A stretch of DNA of 20,000 nucleotides from an uncultured virus (IMG/VR IMGVR_UViG_3300008113_000017) (Duplodnaviria > Heunggongvirae > Uroviricota > Caudoviricetes): IMG/VR virus record IMGVR_UViG_3300008113_000017; one strand, 5' to 3'. The notes below the pieces were generated by a model, which worked only from the letters and a program-made list of their open reading frames with translations, was not told the DNA's origin and did not search any database. Below, piece after piece: positions 7,936-14,504 of this stretch (position 1 is its first letter; every line of letters starts with the position of its first letter). Position numbers and translations under genes: made by a program.

Positions 7936-7976
7936 AACGGAAAAGCCCCCATAAAATCAAGGATCTTACAGGGGCT
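7936..7976 (-). terminator. Intrinsic terminator
   Basis: Minus strand AGCCCCTGTAAGATC-CTT-GATTTTATGGGGGCT followed by TTTCCGTTGTTT, right after the stop at 7982. Confidence 0.7.
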
Positions 7977-7981
7977 GGCCG

Positions 7982-8266
7982 TTATTTAAAATTGATCGGA
8001 GGCGGTCCATCTAACTTGATAAAGTTACCGTTTTTATCTCTCGGTTGTTTATCCCAATTGAGGTTGTATAGCTTGGACTTCCGTTCAACACCTTTTGCTA
8101 ATTCTCGTAGAACTTCATTTAGATCGACGTGATAGTAGCGAGAACCCGGTTTAATTGGATGACGTTTTACGTATCCTCGCCGGATCATGTATCCAATCAT
8201 GCTGATTGAAACATTTGAGTAGTAAGCAGCAGTTTTTGAGTTAACTAGTTTTACTTCTTCTTGCAT
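7982..8266 (-). CDS. HTH (excisionase/MerR-like) DNA-binding protein
   Basis: NSKTAAYYSNVSISMIGYMIRRGYV...RYYHVDLNEV winged-HTH pattern; C-terminal QPRDKNGNF motif. Confidence 0.65.
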   Translation of the reverse strand: MQEEVKLVNSKTAAYYSNVSISMIGYMIRRGYVKRHPIKPGSRYYHVDLNEVLRELAKGVERKSKLYNLNWDKQPRDKNGNFIKLDGPPPINFK

Positions 8267-8490
8267 TTACAATTACCCCCACCACAGCATCCGCTGTCTG
8301 GTTTTTCTGCATCAAGAAAAATCCACCTACCCTTTGCATCCCTGGCCGGTTTATCGAGAAGGGATTGAATCTTTTGGGCTTCAAATCTAGCAAGTGCTTT
8401 ATCTAGTTCTGCCCAAGCAGCATCTACATTTTTTCTTCTCCTGCGTTCAGCCCAGTTGCGTCCAAAGATCTTACGAAAGAACTTCTTCAT
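8251..8490 (-). CDS. Basic hypothetical protein (79 aa) with RDAKGRW motif and CCGGGNCKC tail
   Basis: Tightly packed in the operon; ATG 2 nt after the upstream stop. Confidence 0.65.
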   Translation of the reverse strand: MKKFFRKIFGRNWAERRRRKNVDAAWAELDKALARFEAQKIQSLLDKPARDAKGRWIFLDAEKPDSGCCGGGNCKCKKK

Positions 8491-8492
8491 GA

Positions 8493-8771
8493 CTACTTGC
8501 TGTTCTTCTTAGGAGCTGGCTTCTTAGGAGCTGGCTTCTTAGCGGTTGGAGCAGTTGGCTTCTTAGCTACTGGCTTCTTCGCTGTTGAGGTTGCTGGCTT
8601 CTTTTTCGGAGTTGCCTTCTGAACCTTCGGTAGTTCCACCTTCTTGGTGGTCTCCTTCAGAGTTGAGAAGTCCGTTTTCTGAATCAGATCCTTCACCTGT
8701 TCCGGGCTCAGAATTGTTACTTGGTTCTCCTTCGAGAACGCCTTCTTGATTTGATTGAATAGATTTTTCAT
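8493..8771 (-). CDS. Lys/Pro/Ala-rich histone-H1-like protein (92 aa)
   Basis: Start at MKNLFNQ (ATG 8771, RBS AAAGG); tail KKPATSTAKKPVAKKPTAPTAKKPAPKKPAPKK. Confidence 0.7.
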   Translation of the reverse strand: MKNLFNQIKKAFSKENQVTILSPEQVKDLIQKTDFSTLKETTKKVELPKVQKATPKKKPATSTAKKPVAKKPTAPTAKKPAPKKPAPKKNSK

Positions 8772-8922
8772 TACCTTTTTCTTTCTCTTGTTTATTACAA
8801 GTTTTGCAATAGCAGTACCACACACTGTCGTACCACTTAATTTCTGGTCTACACAATTCGTGCGTGTTGGTATAGCAATACCCACATACTCGAGTTGTGT
8901 CTGTTTCCTTTTCTTTTGCCAC
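8563..8922 (-). CDS. Cys-rich Zn-binding protein with acidic tail overlapping the H1-like gene
   Basis: GTG 2 nt after the GT stop; CGYC...HELC...WYCYCKTC. Confidence 0.65.
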   Translation of the reverse strand: MAKEKETDTTRVCGYCYTNTHELCRPEIKWYDSVWYCYCKTCNKQEKEKGNEKSIQSNQEGVLEGEPSNNSEPGTGEGSDSENGLLNSEGDHQEGGTTEGSEGNSEKEASNLNSEEASS

Positions 8923-8924
8923 AG

Positions 8925-9596
8925 CTACCTAACTACATAAATAGTCTCTTTGTGGTGCTTGACTTTTACCGTTGGGTCGGCCCAAACAGTAAATCCGTTT
9001 CTCCTGGCATTCATGCACCAAGAATAATCTTCTCCTACATTGCACTCAAAGTCAAGTTGATCCCACTTAACTCCTTGAATCCTGAACCATGGTCTGTCGC
9101 ACTTCTCGAAAACACCGGACTTAATGGCAATAAATCCAAACCCTAGACCGAACACTTCTACTGGATCATCCTTCATAAAGAACGACAGCTCGTTGGTTAG
9201 AGTCGGTCTACCCTTGTCATCAAAAAATGCACAGGCTAATGTACCCATTGGATCTGTTCTGTACAATCCGCCAACAATATCTAAATCTGATTTGAGCAGC
9301 TTCTCAAACTCAGCAATATCCCATGAGATATCTGAATCAATCCAAAAGATCTTGTCGTAAGTATATTTACCTGCACCAACTTCTCTGGTGACCCAATCGT
9401 TTTCCCATTGGTCAAGTGCGGTAATTTCTCTTGCACTTGGAATGAACGAAGAATACTTATTCAACCACTTGTATGTGTATCCGTTCTCGGTTAACCAATT
9501 GATCGTATCTAGCAGACTTCGCACATACTCAGGGTTTAGTGAACTACCTGGAGTAGCAATTAAAACGTTATAGTGCTTCTTCTGGCTTGCAGACAC
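8925..9596 (-). CDS. GT-A fold glycosyltransferase (GT2-like)
   Basis: VLIATP, IPSARE, FWIDSDI (DxD), IVGGLY, GFGFIAIKSGVFE, GEDYSWC, VWADPTVKVKHHK. Confidence 0.82.
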   Translation of the reverse strand: MSASQKKHYNVLIATPGSSLNPEYVRSLLDTINWLTENGYTYKWLNKYSSFIPSAREITALDQWENDWVTREVGAGKYTYDKIFWIDSDISWDIAEFEKLLKSDLDIVGGLYRTDPMGTLACAFFDDKGRPTLTNELSFFMKDDPVEVFGLGFGFIAIKSGVFEKCDRPWFRIQGVKWDQLDFECNVGEDYSWCMNARRNGFTVWADPTVKVKHHKETIYVVR

Positions 9597-9834
9597 TTAA
9601 CCATCCTTCAACTAGTGATTGAAATTGTGGAACCGTTAGATTTGATAGTACTGCCACATCTTCTGGATTTACAAGCAGATAGTAGAACAGCTCGTATGTA
9701 TCAACAAGCTTCTTACTTTCATCTGCCTTTTCTAGAGCGATTGCGGCTAGAACTGAAATGCTATCTAGGTGGCTCAAGTTTAGTGACTTTTCTGGAGCAT
9801 ACTCCACGGTCACATATTTTCTTTCGTCAGACAT
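9568..9834 (-). CDS. Hypothetical protein (88 aa)
   Basis: ORF fills the operon and overlaps both neighbours. Confidence 0.65.
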   Translation of the reverse strand: MSDERKYVTVEYAPEKSLNLSHLDSISVLAAIALEKADESKKLVDTYELFYYLLVNPEDVAVLSNLTVPQFQSLVEGWLSVCKPEEAL

Positions 9835-9988
9835 TGAACATTCTTTCTTTTACAGCCCGGACATCTTTACCAATTGATCCTAGCTTATAAAACAAGATAA
9901 AGGCGAACATCAACACGGCCCCTACAATCATTAGGAAAAGCACGATTTTGATTGGCCAAACGAAAAAGATATTGAAAAAGGTTTTCAT
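9827..9988 (-). CDS. Small membrane protein (53 aa), below ORF-track cutoff
   Basis: MKTFFNIFFVWPIKIVLFLMIVGAVLMFAFILFYKLG...; TAATG coupling at 9988. Confidence 0.65.
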   Translation of the reverse strand: MKTFFNIFFVWPIKIVLFLMIVGAVLMFAFILFYKLGSIGKDVRAVKERMFNV

Positions 9989-10443
9989 TAGATTTCCGAT
10001 CTACATTGTTTGCACAGAAGCTTATCGTAACCTGTCGGCTCTTCCATTGCAACCCCCCGCTGGCTAACTGCCACTGGAGCAATTGGCCCACCAACTCCAC
10101 ATCGATCACACTTCATATCAATCAGCCACTCGACTTCTCTGCCATCAGCAATGGCCTTCTTCAGTCCTCGGCCTAAAGCGTGTAAAGGTCCTTGACCTTC
10201 GGTTTTTCTCAAGAAAGATCTTGTGTCTGAAGTTCTCAGAACAACTCGTTGCTCTTTGCATGGACATTCCATCCTGGTTGGTTTACAAAATACCAATCCG
10301 GCAACTAAAGTATGTCTGGTTATCGGATGTCCACAAACACAGATTCTGCCATCTCGATCTCTACCTGGAACTAAATTTTTCTCAGCTTCTTCTACTTCTT
10401 CAAACGTAAAATCTACGTACGAAAATGGATCTTTTTCTGTCAT
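9988..10443 (-). CDS. Multi-Cys Zn-binding hypothetical protein (151 aa)
   Basis: CVCGHPITRH...C..CPC, CDRC, CKQC; RBS AAGGAG; TGTTAGGAT extended -10 upstream. Confidence 0.78.
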   Translation of the reverse strand: MTEKDPFSYVDFTFEEVEEAEKNLVPGRDRDGRICVCGHPITRHTLVAGLVFCKPTRMECPCKEQRVVLRTSDTRSFLRKTEGQGPLHALGRGLKKAIADGREVEWLIDMKCDRCGVGGPIAPVAVSQRGVAMEEPTGYDKLLCKQCRSEI

Positions 10444-10493
10444 AAAAACTCCTTCTTAAAAATTTGACAACTTCATCCTAACACAAGTCGATC

Positions 10494-10637
10494 CATGTAT
10501 CTCATGAAACACCATGAAAAACACATGAAAAACATAATCAAACCCATGTAACCATGTAAGTCAACTATAGTTTCAGTTAACGCAGAATTGAACTCTATAC
10601 GCGTAGTAAAACTATAGTTGTATTACATGGTTACATG
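10494..10637. repeat. Phased CATG(AAA) direct repeats plus 29-bp imperfect inverted repeat (candidate origin or protein-binding site)
   Basis: IR arms 10545-10573 and 10609-10637 (27/29 match, 35-nt spacer); CATG at 10494, 10503, 10513, 10524, 10545 and 10553; AT-rich flank to about 10860. Confidence 0.85.
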
Positions 10638-10863
10638 ACTATGTATAGCAACTTTTTTAAAACTATTTTCAAATTTTTTACTAGTATCTCTTTGTAGCAG
10701 ATTTCTCGATCTTGTACAGCTTTTTGCTTTTCCCTAAATATACAGCAGTAGGATTAAAGTTGAAATTATACACTACGTCTTTTTCAAAACCCTCTTCTTT
10801 TATACAAATTTATATAAAAGATGTCCAATAATCCCACTTCATTTTTGAGTATAAAATAGACTC

Positions 10864-11070
10864 ATGTCAGAGAATTTTGAACCCGAAGCAATCCTAGATA
10901 AGATCGCTTTGTGCTCAATCGTGATCGACCAGATCAAAGAAGAATACGAAATAACTCCTGACCCTGATCAACGCGCAGACTTGTTATTAGCGGTTGAGGG
11001 TTTAGCAGATAATGTAGCTCGCTTAGTGATGGACGTTCGTGATAAAGTCTGGAACCATCCAAAAGTTTAA
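10864..11070 (+). CDS. Acidic helical hypothetical protein (68 aa), leaderless
   Basis: TAAAAT-6nt-ATG; first gene of the rightward block. Confidence 0.72.
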   Translation: MSENFEPEAILDKIALCSIVIDQIKEEYEITPDPDQRADLLLAVEGLADNVARLVMDVRDKVWNHPKV

Positions 11071-11095
11071 CAACTAAATCATAGAAAGTACTTAA

Positions 11096-13582
11096 ATGAG
11101 ACTCCGCCCAGTAAAGGGCGAGGGAGAGCGCTCGAAGTCATTATTGAAAAAAGGACCGTTGCTTATTGCAACGGCCCTCTTTATCGGCTATCCGGTTTGT
11201 ATAGCCCAAGCGGTTACTACTTCTTCCGCTTTAGGACTGCCAATACAGCAGCAAGGACAAATACAGAAACCCATCCAGCTACAAACCCAACCCAAAAACT
11301 ATCTAAGTTTACGGTCAATTGCATCGTTACCCTCCAATCAGGAAATCAGTACTCTTGAGTCTACTCTTAATTCCTACAAAGCACAACTCAAAACGCTAAA
11401 ATCTTCTACCCCTCTAGACCCATCTTTTTCAGCCGAAATAGCCCAGAAAGTCCAAATCCTAGAGACCAAGATCCAGTCCCTAGAAACCAAGATCCAACGT
11501 CTAAAAGACAGCCTAGTATCCCTACAATTAGCTAAAGACACCCTTTCTTCCGCTATTGCTACCCTGGACGTCGCCATAGCCACAGAATCGGCCGCTTTGA
11601 CCAAATACAACACAGCCAAGGCCAAACACGACCAAGATCTCTCAACCTTTACAGAAGCATCCTCGGCCCTTTCTAAAGCAGAATCAGCCCTACAAACAGC
11701 CACTTCTGACGCTTCTAAAGCCCTGGACGTCTACAACACAGCTTCAGCTAATAAGTCAGCTGCCCAGAACACTCTCAACCAAACGCAGCAAACTTTAAAC
11801 GAAGCTCAAAACAAGTACGACACAGAGCTCATCCCAGATCCAACGTGGACAGCACCTACCTACCAAAAAGAACACATAAGAGTATTTCCAGAAACCATAA
11901 TTGTTGTGGAAGTAACCACAACTACTCAGCAAAGCGAAAACATTCTTCCACCCCTAGACCACACGACTTGGTCTGGTGCTGGGACAGGTGCTCAAGGCTC
12001 ACAGCCAACTATCAACCAAGGCGTTGTTAAGTTCTCTTACATGATGCAGGGAGTTACTTCAACAGGACAAGTAAATTCTCCAGCAAACGAACCGTTTACG
12101 CTATCCGTTGATGTTAAGAACATGGATGCAAACAGAGGAATTCAAGACACCTACAAGATTGAACTATTCACCTACAACGTACAGGGACAGCAAAATGGCT
12201 ACGCAATCTTTAACTCACCTCAAGGCTGGCACGACTGGACAACCAGAACAATTAGCACAACTCCAACCTCTGACGTAGCTTCGTACAAAGTAGTTCTTTC
12301 TGCAATTGACGGAGGTTTTTGGTGGGGAACCTACGGCCCAGAAATGAAGAACCCAACTCTTTCTGCCACTACCACTACCACCACAATTACTTACAGAGAA
12401 GAAACAATCTACCGCTACGAAACCTACTACACCACAGAACCAGTACTTGTTGAAGAAACCATCAACGTTTCAATCAACGAAGGCGGCTCACAAACGTTCA
12501 CGGTTCCAGAAGGCGGAGTATTTGTTTCATCTTCCTTACGCTACGAGGCTAAAGACCGACCACAATGTGGCGTAAACATTGACCCCAATGTCCAAGGCAA
12601 AACCCAAGTAACCATTGCTGCCAGCAACGGAGTCTGGGGCGACCCTTGCGGCGGTTGGTACAAGCACGTCACAGGAACCATCACTTACCAAGTAGCTCCA
12701 ACAGCACCACTGATCCATAACCCGGCACTACTTCCGGCACTCCAAGAAGCACAAGCAGCATACGACGCAGCCGTCACAGCTAAGCAGAATGCTGACTCAT
12801 CTTTCAACGAAGCTCAGTCAGATCTTCAGGCAAAAGATGCAGCCAAAGCAACAGCAACACAGGCATACGAAGCTAGCTCGCTAAGCTTATTAGAAGCAAC
12901 ATCAAACGAAGCTTCATCAAAAGTTTCAGAGGATGCAGCAGCTGCAGAGTATCAAGCAGCTAATACCCAAACACAATCTGCCACTGCATCAAAAACAGAA
13001 GCAGAAAGCTTAGTAGAAGCTGCAAAAAAAGAAGCTACAACTTCAAACGAAGACGCATTAGTCGATCCAACAATCTCTACGTCTCTGTTAGAAGTTCAGG
13101 ATCTCATCAACAAACCAGCTCCCACCCCTGAACCTGAACCTGAACCTGAACCTGAACCTGAAGGTTCTGCAGAGATTCCAGCGGTTATCGAAGATCTCAT
13201 GGATGTCGACCTCGACAAAGTTGATCCTACAGAGCTAACTCCAGAACAGGCTACCCAACTTGTAGAAGCAGCCCTAGAAACCTTCGAGACAGCCGAAGAA
13301 GGTAGCCCAGAGTATGAACAGGCTCTTGACGCTCTTTACTTAGCAGCCGAGCAAGACGACATTGTTATAGACCCAGCCCTTGCAGATATTCCGGGTGTTG
13401 GACAGGCAGCCGCCGCAGTAATTGCAGTATTCAACATTGTTGGCAACGTTGGTGCTGACATTGCACCAGAGAAGCGTAAGAAAGCTCAGACATTAGTTGT
13501 AACGACACTTGTTGTCGGACAGATAGCCCAGACAGCTGCCATGGCAACTGCCGCTTCGGGCGCAACATATAGGAGAAAATAA
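11096..13582 (+). CDS. Large exported/surface coiled-coil protein with FBA-like and SUEL-lectin-like domains, PE linker and hydrophobic C-terminus (828 aa)
   Basis: Signal-peptide-like KKGPLLIATALFIGYPVCIAQA; Ala/Gln/Ser heptads on both sides; SAIDGGFWWGTYGPEMKNPTL; GKTQVTIAASNGVWGDPCGGWYKHVTGTITY; (PE)6; two C-terminal hydrophobic segments around KRKK. Confidence 0.75.
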   Translation: MRLRPVKGEGERSKSLLKKGPLLIATALFIGYPVCIAQAVTTSSALGLPIQQQGQIQKPIQLQTQPKNYLSLRSIASLPSNQEISTLESTLNSYKAQLKTLKSSTPLDPSFSAEIAQKVQILETKIQSLETKIQRLKDSLVSLQLAKDTLSSAIATLDVAIATESAALTKYNTAKAKHDQDLSTFTEASSALSKAESALQTATSDASKALDVYNTASANKSAAQNTLNQTQQTLNEAQNKYDTELIPDPTWTAPTYQKEHIRVFPETIIVVEVTTTTQQSENILPPLDHTTWSGAGTGAQGSQPTINQGVVKFSYMMQGVTSTGQVNSPANEPFTLSVDVKNMDANRGIQDTYKIELFTYNVQGQQNGYAIFNSPQGWHDWTTRTISTTPTSDVASYKVVLSAIDGGFWWGTYGPEMKNPTLSATTTTTTITYREETIYRYETYYTTEPVLVEETINVSINEGGSQTFTVPEGGVFVSSSLRYEAKDRPQCGVNIDPNVQGKTQVTIAASNGVWGDPCGGWYKHVTGTITYQVAPTAPLIHNPALLPALQEAQAAYDAAVTAKQNADSSFNEAQSDLQAKDAAKATATQAYEASSLSLLEATSNEASSKVSEDAAAAEYQAANTQTQSATASKTEAESLVEAAKKEATTSNEDALVDPTISTSLLEVQDLINKPAPTPEPEPEPEPEPEGSAEIPAVIEDLMDVDLDKVDPTELTPEQATQLVEAALETFETAEEGSPEYEQALDALYLAAEQDDIVIDPALADIPGVGQAAAAVIAVFNIVGNVGADIAPEKRKKAQTLVVTTLVVGQIAQTAAMATAASGATYRRK
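13127..13162 (+). repeat. (CCTGAA)x6 encoding the PEPEPE linker
   Basis: Perfect 6-bp tandem repeat in frame. Confidence 0.9.
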
Positions 13583-13584
13583 CA

Positions 13585-13881
13585 ATGAAACTATTCGGAA
13601 ATGTGATTCTTCGTGTACTTGCTACGTTTGTAGCCTCTGCACTAGGAGTTATCGGTGCCGGTTCTGTAGCAGGATCCGTCAGCGGCGTTGAGATTCCCAT
13701 CTGGTTTAGCGCAATCATGGGTGGAATCATGGCTGTCGCTAAGGTCGTTGAACTTCTTTCATTGGCATTCCTAGAAGATGGAAAGCTAACCAAAGATGAA
13801 ATCAACGCTGCTTTCCGCCAGACCACCAAACTAAAAGACACAGACGAAGTAATCCCAACTAAGAAGAAAGAAAAAGAATAA
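13585..13881 (+). CDS. Small 2-TM membrane protein (98 aa; holin-like or surface-protein partner)
   Basis: Two hydrophobic helices, DGKLTKDEINAAF motif, basic tail; RBS AGGAG. Confidence 0.8.
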   Translation: MKLFGNVILRVLATFVASALGVIGAGSVAGSVSGVEIPIWFSAIMGGIMAVAKVVELLSLAFLEDGKLTKDEINAAFRQTTKLKDTDEVIPTKKKEKE

Positions 13882-14096
13882 TGAGAGACAAACTCATGTT
13901 AATCATCACCCTAGGCATACTTGTCTTTATCGGCATAGTTGTAATTGGTGAATATGTAGCAATGCTAACTGCCCAGCAGGTAACTGGTGAAGCAGTAGCA
14001 ACAAACCCAGAAGCAATCGCTCTGGTACAAAACGCACTCGTTGGGCTCATTGGAATCATTGGTGGGTACTTCGCTGGCAAGAAAGAGGATAAATAA
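13881..14096 (+). CDS. Small 2-TM membrane protein (71 aa)
   Basis: Two hydrophobic helices ending GLIGIIGGYFAGKK; TAATG coupling. Confidence 0.8.
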   Translation: MRDKLMLIITLGILVFIGIVVIGEYVAMLTAQQVTGEAVATNPEAIALVQNALVGLIGIIGGYFAGKKEDK

Positions 14097-14290
14097 TGAA
14101 GAAGGTAACTAAGTTCCTCGGCGAACTATTCAAGGACCTACTCGACCAAGCTTGGACTCTACTAGGTCTAGCTCTTGGTTGGGTGCTTCTAGAAGGTTCT
14201 GCAAGAGAAATCGTTGGTAAATTGATCGGAATTACACTTCTAATCTGGATACTGACATTCCCTATTCGTCGTGAAAAAGACGACGAGTAA
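14096..14290 (+). CDS. Small 2-TM membrane protein (64 aa)
   Basis: Amphipathic N-terminus, DQAWTLLGLALGWVLLEGSAR..., TAATG coupling. Confidence 0.8.
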   Translation: MKKVTKFLGELFKDLLDQAWTLLGLALGWVLLEGSAREIVGKLIGITLLIWILTFPIRREKDDE

Positions 14291-14487
14291 TGTTTAAATA
14301 TCTTAAATATTACTTTGAGCCTACTCACAAAGAAATGATAGAGTTGGCACTTCAAAGCTGGCGTCTTTATATTCAAGGTAGACCTCGTATTTACAATATG
14401 GACGTCTGCCGAGCATACCAACGAGGCTTCATTTCAAGCTATAGATCTAGGTATGCTAGAGAAAAGCTAGAATCACTAAAGTCATAG
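14290..14487 (+). CDS. Hypothetical protein (65 aa)
   Basis: TAATG coupling; AYQRGF motif. Confidence 0.55.
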   Translation: MFKYLKYYFEPTHKEMIELALQSWRLYIQGRPRIYNMDVCRAYQRGFISSYRSRYAREKLESLKS

Positions 14488-14504
14488 GGCGGTAAAATTA
14501 ACCC

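Noticed and set aside
7744..7980. tRNA or known riboswitch (also considered for 16655-16801)
   Set aside because: No cloverleaf, TTC-loop consensus or recognisable aptamer motif by eye; an Rfam search would be needed to exclude one.
8755..10459. Plus-strand ORFs in 8755-10459 and minus ORF 9885..10109
   Set aside because: Antisense or alternate-frame shadows of a tightly coupled minus-strand operon.
10494..10637. CRISPR array or transposon end
   Set aside because: No repeat-spacer periodicity, and no cas or transposase gene.
11096..13582. Tape measure protein
   Set aside because: It has a signal-peptide-like N-terminus, inserted lectin-like domains and a PE linker, and no tail genes are adjacent.
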